Shown: positions 40,412 to 50,659, counted from the first letter of the stretch. The stretch: 64,000 bases of DNA from an uncultured Ruficoccus sp. (GCA_965140785.1 OZ223484.1:32001-96000); one strand, 5' to 3'. The notes: generated from the letters alone by a model not told the origin. A program made the numbers and translations.

Positions 40412-41440
40412 ATGCCCAGTCAGCGAGAAATTGCCCGGCACCTGGGGCTGACTCAATCGACCGTCTCCCTGGCCCTTCGCCGGGGCTCCGGGGTGTCCCC
40501 GGCCACCCGGCGGCTCGTGGAAAAGGCGGCTGAGGAGTTGGGGTATCGGCCCAGCCCGATGGTGACCACGCTGATGTCGCATATCCGCAATGGTCGCAAG
40601 GTGTCTGACCAGGGTTGCCTGGCAATCCTGGTCGATGCCGTCGACCAGCGGGAATGGCTGGCCGACTCCAAGGGCCCCTATGTGCAACACCATCGCGGCT
40701 ACTGCGAGCAGGCATGCATGCGCGGCTACCGCACGGAGTGCTTTTATCTGCGCGCACCGGGCATGAGCGCCCGGCGCATCGATGACATCCTGCAGGCCCG
40801 CGGCATCCTGGGGTTGGTTCTGGCCGCCCCCAAATCAAAACAAACTCCAATCCCGGAGCTCTCGTGGGAGCGCTATGCCTGCGCCACGACGAGCTACTCC
40901 TGGTCCCATCCCGCCCTCGACCGGGTGGCGACAGATTTCCGCCAATGCGTCGAGACCGCTTTCGAGACACTTCGCCAGCGCGGCGTACGGCGCATCGGTA
41001 TGTGCCTGGACCCCGAAACCCAGCGGAGCCTCAGCTCTCACTGGCGGGCCGGCTACCTGCTTTACCAGGAGATGCTTCCGCCCCCGGAGCGCATCCCGTT
41101 GTTTCTCGGTAAGCCCGGCCTGAGCCCACTGGACACTTTTAAAGACTGGCTCCACCAGTATCGTCCCGAGGTGCTGATCTCACTCGATGGACGCGAACGG
41201 GTATGGCTGGAGCAAATGAAGATGCGCGTCCCCGAAGATATCGGACTGGCTTGCCTGAATCGCCCGACAGGCTCACACTACGCCGGCATCGATGAGAACA
41301 ACGAAGCGGTGGGGCGGCTGGTCTGCGACCTGGTTATCAATCGCATCACCAGCAATACCCTCGGCCTTCCCGAGCGCCCGCAGACAATTCTCATCAACGG
41401 CTGTTGGGTGGACGGGAGTAGCGTCGCCCATAGCGCGTAG
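40412..41440 (+). CDS. LacI-family transcriptional regulator
   Basis: SQREIARHLGLTQSTVSLALR; GYRP. Confidence 0.94.
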   Translation: MPSQREIARHLGLTQSTVSLALRRGSGVSPATRRLVEKAAEELGYRPSPMVTTLMSHIRNGRKVSDQGCLAILVDAVDQREWLADSKGPYVQHHRGYCEQACMRGYRTECFYLRAPGMSARRIDDILQARGILGLVLAAPKSKQTPIPELSWERYACATTSYSWSHPALDRVATDFRQCVETAFETLRQRGVRRIGMCLDPETQRSLSSHWRAGYLLYQEMLPPPERIPLFLGKPGLSPLDTFKDWLHQYRPEVLISLDGRERVWLEQMKMRVPEDIGLACLNRPTGSHYAGIDENNEAVGRLVCDLVINRITSNTLGLPERPQTILINGCWVDGSSVAHSA

Positions 41441-41824
41441 GGCGTACCAGTTTTAGGCTGAGCGCAGTTGTGTTATTACCTGCGCCCCAACTCGATCACA
41501 GCGGCATCGTTGGCCGGTATCAGCAGAGTCTCCGCCTCCAGGGCCTCACCGCGGATAACGGGGTCCAGTTTCCAGCCAAGGTCGACCTCGAGCTCTGCCT
41601 GCACCGCTCAGGACTGTAGGTGATAATCACTACAATACCACGGTCATCGTTGAGCGGATACTCGGTAACGCCGCCCGGCTGCTGAACAAGGGCGGTTTTC
41701 CAGTGGAACGGTGAGGAAATAGACTTCGCCCTCCCCCATTCACACGCGCCTAAAGTCGGGGTTGCCGTCCGGCCCGAAGGCAAGGACTTCGCAACCGACG
41801 GACGAAATTAACCCCAAAAAAACA

Positions 41825-41859
41825 AAAAGCCCGCTAAGTGCTTGACCTAGCGGGCTTTT
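41825..41859 (-). terminator. Terminator hairpin next to the displaced tRNA 3' end (also usable on the + strand)
   Basis: AAAAGCCCGCTA...TAGCGGGCTTTT; long T run follows on the minus strand. Confidence 0.8.
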
Positions 41860-41862
41860 AAA

Positions 41863-41909
41863 TGGGTGCAGGGCTTGGATTTGAACCAAGGACCTTCAGG
41901 TTATGAGCC
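41863..41909 (-). repeat. att site: 47-bp duplicate of the tRNA-Met 3' half
   Basis: Identical to 52931-52977. Confidence 0.95.
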
Positions 41910-41978
41910 GCGAGGCCCATTTCCCGCAATCCCTTTACAGCAAACAACCTGTAAGCTTTCTCACCCCTAAAAAATGCC

Positions 41979-42003
41979 TTAGTGGGGCCAAAAGAGGGGC
42001 TTT
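41979..42003 (+). repeat. Candidate integrase arm-type site
   Basis: TTAGTGGGGCCAAAAGAGGGGCTTT; 24/25 match at 52782-52806; inverted copy at 52519-52539. Confidence 0.75.
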
Positions 42004-42066
42004 ACCATCGGGAGGCGTTTCAAGCCGCTCAAATACGTTCCAAATTGCTGCAAAATCAGCTCCCCT

Positions 42067-43401
42067 TTATACTTCACTGGGAGGCGCATCGTCCTCACTC
42101 CATTCTCTAGATTGCTCTCCCAATGTTGCTTCTCGCCAAACCGTAGAACCGTTGCACGGCATATCCTCGGGAGGATTTTCACCGTCATATTGCCATTGAA
42201 GATTCACATCCCGGACTCCCCCCATCCCAAAATAGTAACCACCCGGGGTTTTTCTCCACGCCGCCCAAGCTTGTCCATCACTCTGGACCTTCCATTCAAT
42301 AGGGTAATCATCAGATAATCGTTTATTTGCCACAGGTGAAATAAGCAACCCCAACTCCGATTGGTAACGGCCCCCCTGGTTGCGATACCACCCCATCTGG
42401 CAAAAATACAAGTGCATCAATTCATCCTTGGTCTCGTAAAACTCCCGTCGATCAAGCCAGAGACCATTTTCACCTCTCCCAGTAAGCCCCGCATATTTTT
42501 CAAGGCGAACTTTACGCTCTAGCATCGCTCTGGCTTTCTCCTTCACCGTACAACGATACCTCTTCATCGTTCTCCATGCGGCTGCAAATGTACGCTCTCG
42601 GGCCACCTCTGGAAGCCATATACCACAAAAACGGGATGCATAGTGTAAGCGCCCCAGGAAACCCAAACCAACAGCTATATAAACGCGAAACAAAGGCTTC
42701 CTATCCTTACTAAAAAAACCAAGACGAACAAATGTCCCTTCGCACGCAGCAATATAGGCAAATGAATACATAAACGGCACCAGCATTATTGGTAACCATA
42801 TCGACATCGCATAGGCTCTCACCTGCGCCAACCAGTCAAAGTCATCAAACCGATCAATAAGTTGAATTGTCGTTTTTGCAAAAAGAGATAGACCAATAAT
42901 CCCAAGAAGGCACTGCGCGATTTTTGTGATGGTTCCACCCCCCTCCATTCTTTTGCTAACTGCTTCAATCAGGACGAGGAACAACGCAATTATTTGCATG
43001 AGAACTTCCCCCCACAACGGGAACGGGGCTAGGTTTACATAGATTACTAGTATTGCGGAAAGACTAAAAACACTTCGCCATACATGGGAGATTAACTCCT
43101 GAGCGTCTTTCATTTTCACAACTTTAACAATCATGGGAAACCCCATGAAAATCACGATAATCAACGTATCCTTGAGCAAATCCCAAGACCATACATTGAA
43201 AACCTGGGCAAGAAGAACGACAGCAGCTACATACACCAAGTAAAATAAAACAGTAAATATTATTTTGCGGTGTAATAAGGCGTTAATTACGGACAAAAAA
43301 GAACGCGCGATATCTCTTCGATTCGATGAATAAACAAGGACTAACGAAATAAATCCGATTAGAATAATCAGCGTTGCTATTTCGCGCGTAGAAAACTCCA
43401 T
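42067..43401 (-). CDS. Hypothetical multi-pass membrane protein with soluble C-terminal domain
   Basis: 444-aa ORF, about 7 hydrophobic segments; AT-rich. Confidence 0.8.
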   Translation of the reverse strand: MEFSTREIATLIILIGFISLVLVYSSNRRDIARSFLSVINALLHRKIIFTVLFYLVYVAAVVLLAQVFNVWSWDLLKDTLIIVIFMGFPMIVKVVKMKDAQELISHVWRSVFSLSAILVIYVNLAPFPLWGEVLMQIIALFLVLIEAVSKRMEGGGTITKIAQCLLGIIGLSLFAKTTIQLIDRFDDFDWLAQVRAYAMSIWLPIMLVPFMYSFAYIAACEGTFVRLGFFSKDRKPLFRVYIAVGLGFLGRLHYASRFCGIWLPEVARERTFAAAWRTMKRYRCTVKEKARAMLERKVRLEKYAGLTGRGENGLWLDRREFYETKDELMHLYFCQMGWYRNQGGRYQSELGLLISPVANKRLSDDYPIEWKVQSDGQAWAAWRKTPGGYYFGMGGVRDVNLQWQYDGENPPEDMPCNGSTVWREATLGEQSREWSEDDAPPSEV

Positions 43402-43694
43402 ATAAACGAATCGCTATATTAAATCATAGACCAGTCACATAAACCCACCATAAATAGTATCCTACAATATCATTTCAAGCAGTTCCGCAAGTCTAGAGTC
43501 AGCGCCAAAAGCCAATTCCCAAGGACATCCCCCCACCCTTGAGGCCTTGACTAATCAGGCTTCGACCACTAGGTTATTTATCCTCAATCAGCCAACTGAA
43601 GCTGTTTTTCAGTCCGCTGAAATCGCCTGAATCCTGCTGAATCAGTGTCCTCCAGAAGAGACCATCAGCGGAGCTGAATAGGCCGTACAATCGG

Positions 43695-45227
43695 GTGGTG
43701 AAGGAATACCACCAACTCGAACCGCCGCCGGTAGGTGGCAAGGCTTATTCCATTTCAACGAAAGGCGAGAGCGTGGCACTCCAGATAAAGCCCACTTCCA
43801 AGTGGTTCTATGGGCGCATCATGGTTAACGGCGTCAAAAAGTCGGTTAACCTGGGCATTGAAGTCAAGGGGCGGCGGCCCCGTTCCCTCCGAGAGAAGGG
43901 TGACGCCCTCTTCGAGCGCTCCCGGGGACAGGCCGAGGAAAAGCTGAGCCGGATGCAGGCGGAATCCAAAAAGAAGAAAGCCAGCGTTGAAATCCTCCAG
44001 ACGATCCATGAAGCTCGAACCGGCCAACGGGCAACCTCGATTCCGCTGCGTGCGCACGGAGATGCCAAAGGCATGTTCGAAGCCTGGCAGGCGGTTCCCC
44101 GCAAACGTCGGCAGTCCCCCAGCTACGTTGCGCAAATGAAGTCTCTCTTCAGCCGCTTCATCGCCTTTATCGAAAGTGAGTACCCCGACAGGCAAGCCCG
44201 CGAGATGTCCGATGTGCGCAGCCACATGGCCCGCGCGTTCATGCAGGCCGAAGAAAAACGCGGCGTGTCCGCCAAAACCTACAACAACGCGCTCATTGCG
44301 CTCCGCTCGGCCTTCGGACTACTGGCCAAGGAGGCCGCCTTGTTCGAAAACCCTTTTGAGGGCATCCCCACCCGTGAGGAAGATACCGCCTTCCGCAAGC
44401 CCTTCGACATCGACGAGCTTTCCCGGATCGTGGAAGTCGCCAACCGCACGGAGCACGCCTTCATTCGCCCGATCATCATTACCGGCATCAGCACCGCCAT
44501 GCGGCGCGGCGACTGCTGCCTGCTCGCTCCGCCGTCCGTCGATTTCGGCCAGAAGTTCATCAAGGTCAAAGTCGGCAAAACCCATAAAATCGCGGAGATT
44601 CCGCTCTTCCCCTTGCTGGAAGAAGAACTCAAACGCTTCCCGCTGACGAAAAAACGGGAGTACTTTTTCCCCGCACAGGCAAAGATGTACCAGGAGAATC
44701 CAGATGGAATCACCTGGCGCGTCAAAAAAGTGCTCCAGGACGCCGGTTACTATGACGCCGCCAGCAAGAAACCCGATCAGGCAAGCCCGGCCCACGTAGC
44801 CGATGTCCACGCCAAGCGCGAAACCGGTCTGCGCACGGCCTCCATCCGCGACTTTCATTCCTTCCGGGTTAGCTGGGTAACCCTCGCCCTGACCTCGGGC
44901 GTCGATCTTGAGCTCGTACGCATGGTCACGGGCCACAAAACCGTCGATATCGTGCTCAAGCACTACTTCCAGCCGGGTCGCGAGTATTTCCGGAACAATC
45001 TCCAATCCAAGATGCCCGGCCTACTGATGAACCGCGTGGATTCGCAAGCACCAAGCGACAGCGATCAGCAACAGACACTCCTCAACCTAATGGAGCTCAC
45101 CTCTCAGTTGAACGCGACCAACGCAGAACAGATCAAACCTCAGTTGATGAATGGTTTAAAACACCTGCTGGAAAACGTCGCCACCGACTCAAGCAACCGA
45201 TGGGCAAAATTTCTCGTCCAGACCTGA
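43695..45227 (+). CDS. Tyrosine recombinase/integrase
   Basis: AMRRGD (R), KT (K), FHSFR (HxxR), GH, HY (catalytic Tyr); SAM-like VSAKTYNN; start uncertain. Confidence 0.92.
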   Translation: MVKEYHQLEPPPVGGKAYSISTKGESVALQIKPTSKWFYGRIMVNGVKKSVNLGIEVKGRRPRSLREKGDALFERSRGQAEEKLSRMQAESKKKKASVEILQTIHEARTGQRATSIPLRAHGDAKGMFEAWQAVPRKRRQSPSYVAQMKSLFSRFIAFIESEYPDRQAREMSDVRSHMARAFMQAEEKRGVSAKTYNNALIALRSAFGLLAKEAALFENPFEGIPTREEDTAFRKPFDIDELSRIVEVANRTEHAFIRPIIITGISTAMRRGDCCLLAPPSVDFGQKFIKVKVGKTHKIAEIPLFPLLEEELKRFPLTKKREYFFPAQAKMYQENPDGITWRVKKVLQDAGYYDAASKKPDQASPAHVADVHAKRETGLRTASIRDFHSFRVSWVTLALTSGVDLELVRMVTGHKTVDIVLKHYFQPGREYFRNNLQSKMPGLLMNRVDSQAPSDSDQQQTLLNLMELTSQLNATNAEQIKPQLMNGLKHLLENVATDSSNRWAKFLVQT

Positions 45228-45235
45228 CATACCCC

Positions 45236-45595
45236 TCAGACGGCGATTCGCATGTCCTTGGTAACACCTCGAAGCTTGGGCCGATAATCCGCGCGCTGTT
45301 GAGAAAGCGCGATCAAGTCCTCATAGCTGTAGCGAAAGACTCCCTCAAAGATTTCGACCGGTCGAATCGCCCCGGAATGGACGAGTCGCCAGAACGTCAC
45401 TCGACTCACCCCCAGCTTTTTGGCCGCATCGTTCAGCTTCAGCAGCATGGGCTCGCCCGCCGGGCGGGCTCTCGGCCCCTCTTGGACTGGCAATTTTCCC
45501 GCCAACGCCAGTTTAATAGCTTCGGCAACTCTGGCGTCGATCTGATCGTCATTATTGATCGCCAGCTCAATGATGGTCTTCGTGGCTTCTTTCAT
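45236..45595 (-). CDS. Excisionase-like HTH protein
   Basis: LLKLNDAAKKLGVSRVTFWRLVHSGAI...FRYS; convergent with the integrase. Confidence 0.8.
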   Translation of the reverse strand: MKEATKTIIELAINNDDQIDARVAEAIKLALAGKLPVQEGPRARPAGEPMLLKLNDAAKKLGVSRVTFWRLVHSGAIRPVEIFEGVFRYSYEDLIALSQQRADYRPKLRGVTKDMRIAV

Positions 45596-46237
45596 GGCAT
45601 CCTCTCGATGCTTCCATTGTAGCCCAGACCATCCGTCATAAATAGGGGAACTTGACGGTAGCCGTTTTCCCTATTGTTCAGACAGACACCATTATAAACC
45701 GCCATAAATGACGTCTTAGCTCACAAATCTCACATCAATACGCCATATGTGACTTATTGTTCCGATACGGATTAATCATCATTGTACCACAACCAAGATT
45801 TACTGGTTCACCTATAACAGGAATGTTCGTTCTTTTAATGCTCATAATCATTAATTTACAAAACAATCATGCCCGGGTTTTGTCAGAAAAACCTACCTGA
45901 TTTTCTGACAACCCCATTTCCCTAATCTGCGAGATCAGCAGAAAGGATCCCCTGACCCATCGGAAAAACCGTCCGTGCACATCCGCCCCTCCATTAACAA
46001 ATGGCTCCCCAAGTTCCCAATTTTCCCTCTCTCGTGAATTCCTCAGGAAACTAACATTCATGAGTTAACTAAATGTTATTTTAGATGACATTCAGCTAAT
46101 GGTTTGACTTTAAACCCCAAATAATATTCACAACTTGCATTTAGTGAATTTTAAATAAGGTATCTATTCATTGACCGTGTCCACTTAAACTGTGCCACTT
46201 GCAAAGTTAGTCTGAGTGCTTAGAAAGGACTCAGACG

Positions 46238-46504
46238 ATGAAAGGCAAGCGATACAGTACAGAGCAAAAAATCCGCATTTTACGCGCCGCTGATGCTGGC
46301 AGAGCGATCGTGGATGTCTGCCGCGAGGCAGGGATCAGCGAGCAGACGTTCCACCGCTGGAAGCGGGAGCTTGGGATGCTGGAAGTCGATCAGGCCAAGC
46401 AACTGAAGGAACTGCAAAAGGAGAACGCTCGGCTGAAGCGTATGCTGGCGGACGAGATACTTGGTAAGGAGCTGCTGAAGGAGGCGCTCGAAAAAAAATG
46501 GTAA
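46238..46504 (+). CDS. IS3 transposase OrfA
   Basis: KRYSTEQKIRIL, VCREAGISEQTFHRWK, LKELQKENARLKRMLA. Confidence 0.93.
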   Translation: MKGKRYSTEQKIRILRAADAGRAIVDVCREAGISEQTFHRWKRELGMLEVDQAKQLKELQKENARLKRMLADEILGKELLKEALEKKW

Positions 46505-47478
46505 GCCCTGCACACAAGCGCGAGATGGCGCAAACTCTGGTGTCGCAGGGCAGATGTTCAGCGCGGGCGGCCTGCCGTCACTTTGGGTTGCATCGCAGTA
46601 CCTTCGGCTATCAGGCGAAGGAGACTACGCCCTGGTTGGCAAAGTTACGTGGGGCTTTGCGTCGCAAGAGCGAAGCGCATCCCGAGCTGGGTTACCCGAA
46701 AATCACTCATCTACTCAAGCGCGATGGTTGGGACGTAGGTAAGCGGCTGGTGCAGCGCCTGCGCCAGGAGATGGGGCTGAAGTGTCCGACTAAGAAGCCT
46801 CGTCAGCGTCGGCGCGGCCCCTCGACGGGCTTACCGACAAAGGCTACTCATCAGGGCCACGTGTGGACCTGCGACTTCGTGGCCGACCGTACGGCTAAGG
46901 GCGGATCAATCCGCATGCTCACGGTACTCGATGAGTACACCCGTGAGTGCCTGTGCATCCACGTCGATCGCCACCTCAACGCCGCCAAGGTGCGAGCCGT
47001 CATGAGCGAGTTGATCAGTGCCTACGGCAGCCCCGAGCACATCCGTAGCGACAACGGCAGCGAGTTTATCGAGAAGAGCCTGCGTAAATGGTACGCGGAC
47101 GAGGAGATCAAGACGCTCTACATTGAGCCGGGCAGTCCCTGGCAGAACGGCTACATAGAATCCTTCAACGGCAGACTCCGCGATGAGTGCCTCAACCGCG
47201 AGTGGTTTTATACGCTCACCGAGGCACGCGTCGTCATCGAGGACTGGCGATGGAAGTACAACAACATCCGACCCCACCGTTCACTCGGACTGCTCACACC
47301 ACTGGAGTTTGCAGCCAAAGAAACCGCACCAACCCCCTTCGACATCAACTTCCAAGGCATGGGCTACACTCGGGCTACGCCCTCCTTCCGCCCAAGCCTT
47401 GACACCCTCTACAACCTAACCCTAAATCACATCATTAACCCGCTCAGACTAACTCTCAATGCGGTACAGTTTGCGTAG
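46498..47478 (+). CDS. IS3 transposase OrfB (DDE), -1 frame relative to orfA
   Basis: VWTCDF, IRSDNGSEF, PGSPWQNGYIESFNGRLRDE, YNNIRPHRSLG. Confidence 0.95.
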   Translation: MVSPAHKREMAQTLVSQGRCSARAACRHFGLHRSTFGYQAKETTPWLAKLRGALRRKSEAHPELGYPKITHLLKRDGWDVGKRLVQRLRQEMGLKCPTKKPRQRRRGPSTGLPTKATHQGHVWTCDFVADRTAKGGSIRMLTVLDEYTRECLCIHVDRHLNAAKVRAVMSELISAYGSPEHIRSDNGSEFIEKSLRKWYADEEIKTLYIEPGSPWQNGYIESFNGRLRDECLNREWFYTLTEARVVIEDWRWKYNNIRPHRSLGLLTPLEFAAKETAPTPFDINFQGMGYTRATPSFRPSLDTLYNLTLNHIINPLRLTLNAVQFA

Positions 47479-47486
47479 GCAGGTCA

Positions 47487-48445
47487 ATCTGACTGGCCTC
47501 ATCGATAATCACGCAGTCAAAATCCGCCCGCTTGAGCCGCTCGCTAAACGCGGCAAAGGGCGTCGCCCCGATGACGTAACCCTCCGTACTGTCATCAAAC
47601 CCGCACTCAGCAAAGTTTTCATAGACGGGTGCCTCCAACGTCTCGTCATAACCGGCCACACCGACCTTAGCGACCCGTTCGAGCTCCGGATTCATCTCGC
47701 ACACCTTGTTCAGGGCCTCGTGAATGGCCCGGTGCGTACAAGCCGTGACCAGAATACGCTGGCCCAGAGCCAGTCGCTGCCGGACGATTTGGGCCAGCAC
47801 ACGCGTTTTCCCCGTCCCCGGAGGGCCCTGGACCAGCGCGCACCAATTAGTGGCTGCGCCCATCCCCACGGCCTCCTGCTGAGAATCGTTAAAACCAGCC
47901 TCGGTGGCGGCAGAGGCCGCCGCGTCGTACTCGTAAGGATCTAACCCGTCGGACTGCGCATGGCCTTCGATCAGGGGAAGAATCCGGCTCCGCCCACGCT
48001 CCGTCGCCCCCATTTCGTCCAGGGCCCGATTCAATTGCGGGGCTAAATCGATGAAGCCCGCATCCAGCGTAAAAACGCCCTGTCCCTGGGTGATATGCTT
48101 GGCGTCGGACTCAGAGAAAGAGACCTCAATGAATTCACGCCCGCTCTGGCTCGGACCATCGCCCACCCAAAATCCCAGCGCCAACGGCTCAAAGGGTTTA
48201 CCCGTATGGAGCATAATCCGATCCCTCTCGCGAAACTCGGACAGGTTCTCCTCACACTCGAAGCGCAGGATATTGCCCTCTCGCCGCTGCTGGTACGTTA
48301 TGCGCTCCAGACACTTGCCTTGCAACACCCGCTCCCCCACGGACATCCGCAGCAGCTTTTCATGGCTCGCCTGCTGCGCCCGGGATTCTTCGGCAACCAG
48401 CTCTTTAAGCTCCTGAAAGATGGCTAGATAGTTCTGCGGCGGCAT
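47487..48445 (-). pseudogene. DNA2/UPF1-like SF1 helicase, N-terminal half only, cut by the IS3
   Basis: NDSQQEA, VQGPPGTGKT, FDCVIIDEASQ then the IS end; motifs III-VI absent. Confidence 0.88.
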
Positions 48446-48583
48446 CGCGTGGGATTATTTACACAAAAAGACTCTCGATCGCCACAGCGTCCAGGGCACG
48501 AAGCATCGAACTAGCATAACGATCCATTGCGCCAGTAGATTGTTAATTCCCCTCACTTTCAATCGCTTAGTGAGTTCAAGGGC

Positions 48584-49351
48584 CTATTTCTTGCCCTTTC
48601 TTTCAGTCTTCCTGGGGGCACCCGGGCTGGAGTCCAGAGTAATCCCCACCGAACGGCAGAAGTGACGCAGGGTCTTGAGAGTCGGCATGGCAGTAGCCCC
48701 GACCTCTACCTCGAAATAACGGACAAATTCGCGCATCGGGTATTTGTCCTTGGGGTGCTCCAACACGTAGAGCAACAGGTAAAATTGCCACCACTGGCCC
48801 GGATCATGGTTCCACTGGCCGTTAGCGTGAAATTCCTCTTCCTGGAGAAAAGTCAGTGTGTCTTTGATCTGCTGAAAGAAATCCGTTCGATTTTCGGCGA
48901 TAGCCCGGCCCAGATAGTCGAGCGTCAGTTGTCTCAGACGGGGGTCGATCGAGGCATCCGCTCCGGCCATGAACCTCTTCCAGGCGCGTACCAACAGATA
49001 GACCCCCAAGTCCCGATTGCCTGACTTGTACCGCTCCAAGAAAATCAGCAGCTCTTTACGAGTCAGGCCGCCATAGGACTGGGACAGACGCTCTTCAACC
49101 TCAGTGGTAAAGACGGCTTTTCGCTCGTGATCCAAAGACTCCTCTTCCGGTGAGCTCACCGTCCCGCCCCCTACACGGCTCGCCGACTTCCCTCCGGCAT
49201 TCTCAACGAATTGCCGGATAAGTAACTTCATGCTCTCGGAAGATCGCCACAAGGAAAGAAACTCCCCAAAACCGGCCTCAATTTCGCTGCCCATCGCACG
49301 CGACAGGAAATCTTCAAAAGTGATTAACGAACGTTTTTCAGAAACGGACAT
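48584..49351 (-). CDS. Hypothetical protein
   Basis: 255-aa ORF with ATG start; basic tail PGAPRKTERKGKK. Confidence 0.7.
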   Translation of the reverse strand: MSVSEKRSLITFEDFLSRAMGSEIEAGFGEFLSLWRSSESMKLLIRQFVENAGGKSASRVGGGTVSSPEEESLDHERKAVFTTEVEERLSQSYGGLTRKELLIFLERYKSGNRDLGVYLLVRAWKRFMAGADASIDPRLRQLTLDYLGRAIAENRTDFFQQIKDTLTFLQEEEFHANGQWNHDPGQWWQFYLLLYVLEHPKDKYPMREFVRYFEVEVGATAMPTLKTLRHFCRSVGITLDSSPGAPRKTERKGKK

Positions 49352-49494
49352 AGGCGAGAAGACGGATAGGCAGTTTGCATGAAGCTCACTTCAGGGTCAA
49401 CCCCTGCCCCAACCGTCCGGCCATCCCCATGGCCTTTAACCCTTTTTTAGCATGCAGGGCTTGCAGTCTCGAAACTGTCCTACGGCCAAGACGA

Positions 49495-50139
49495 TCACGC
49501 CTGCCCATACGTGCTTATGGCCGCCGCTACAATGGGCTTCGCCCACTCTGGGGTCCGAGACAGATCACCCGGACCAAGGATCTTCTGAGCACCAACATCT
49601 AGCAGAAGCATCGGTTGGGGCTGTTGTCCCTCACGGGGGTCCGCTTGCCATGAATTGTCAAACAGCCGTAAGCTGTGTACATAGGGAAGCAGGCGAATCA
49701 GGTTTCGACGGCTGCCATCCCAACGCTCACGAATCTTCTCCTCGGGAATCGGATGCCCGCCTTGCTGGACGCGCTGATGCACCCGCTCAATATTCAATTC
49801 GACCGATCCCAGCCCCACATACCAGATTTTGACATGAGCCTCCCTCTTTGCGGCTTCAATGAGTAAAGCCGGAATGGTCTGCCCTCCCAGAGTCGTTTCA
49901 AACGCATAAGTTGCCTTGTTCGAAATCGCATTCTCCAGCAGCGTCTTTCCCAGCGTCCATGCGTGGCTATTCGCCATGGCCTGAGAAGCATTCGGGTTGT
50001 CTTCCAGAAATCTGCGGGCGACTTCATCCGGATTGTAATACTCAACTCCTTTGGCGCGAAATGTCGCGCCAGCGACACTGCTCTTACCTGAGCCATTGAC
50101 CCCCGCAAGAACGTAAATCACCGGCTGCCTGACAGCCAT
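49495..50139 (-). CDS. Zeta-toxin-like/COG4185-type P-loop kinase
   Basis: IYVLAGVNGSGKSS, YNPD, FETTL, RVQQGGHPIPEEKIRER, FDNS. Confidence 0.88.
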   Translation of the reverse strand: MAVRQPVIYVLAGVNGSGKSSVAGATFRAKGVEYYNPDEVARRFLEDNPNASQAMANSHAWTLGKTLLENAISNKATYAFETTLGGQTIPALLIEAAKREAHVKIWYVGLGSVELNIERVHQRVQQGGHPIPEEKIRERWDGSRRNLIRLLPYVHSLRLFDNSWQADPREGQQPQPMLLLDVGAQKILGPGDLSRTPEWAKPIVAAAISTYGQA

Positions 50140-50492
50140 TACCTTGTCGGTTGAGAGCCAATTGCCGCCTTGCCCAGTTCATCAGGCGAAGCATTGAAAG
50201 CATCCTCGTAGGCCTCCTGAGCCTTGCCAGACTGCATCTTAGCAAACCGTGCCTCATACTCCTTTCGAAAGACTTCCAGCGGGTCCCTCGCCGCCAGTTC
50301 TTCAATCATCTGATCGTAAAGTTCTACCGGAAGCAGAATCGCCTCGGGCTTACGACTGCGTGTGATCGTGACCGGCCCTGACTGTAAGACCTTCTGGTAA
50401 ACGCTCTTGAAAGCATTTTTCAGGTCTGATGCGGGCGCCGCAGGCAGACTCTTTGAGCGATGCAAGGTATGGATGTCGTGAACAACCGGCAT
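50139..50492 (-). CDS. Phd/YefM-like antitoxin
   Basis: ASDLKNAF...GPVTITRSRKPEAILLPVELYDQM; TAATG stop/start overlap with the P-loop gene. Confidence 0.78.
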   Translation of the reverse strand: MPVVHDIHTLHRSKSLPAAPASDLKNAFKSVYQKVLQSGPVTITRSRKPEAILLPVELYDQMIEELAARDPLEVFRKEYEARFAKMQSGKAQEAYEDAFNASPDELGKAAIGSQPTR

Positions 50493-50527
50493 AATGGCAA
50501 TATTTGCCATTTTTACCATTTTGTCAA
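50493..50527 (-). promoter_or_regulatory. Sigma70 promoter with overlapping palindromic operator
   Basis: TTGACA-17-AATATT-6-ATG on the minus strand; AATGGCAA-TAT-TTGCCATT at 50493-50511. Confidence 0.65.
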
Positions 50528-50659
50528 TATCACTCAAGGCTCAAACAGTGACAACGTCACCGTACAAGTCGGTGCAGATTCTTTAAGCGAGCGCAGGAAT
50601 GCAAAGTCACAGAATGAGCTTAAACTCCCATAATAGATTCAAATTGTTACGTTTTTCAG

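Larger units (their letters stand above)
46172..47486 (+). mobile_element. IS3-family insertion sequence (1315 bp)
   Basis: TG...CA ends; imperfect ~45-bp inverted repeats sharing TGACC, AAACTGT and AGTTAGTCTGAG; orfA/orfB overlap with an A8 slippery run at 46491-46498. Confidence 0.95.

Noticed and set aside
41441..41812. Possible degraded gene on the + strand before the att site
   Set aside because: Coding-like stretches broken by stops, but no recognisable family.
41863..41909. Second tRNA-Met gene
   Set aside because: Only the 3' 47 nt are present, with no D arm or 5' acceptor strand; it is an att duplicate.
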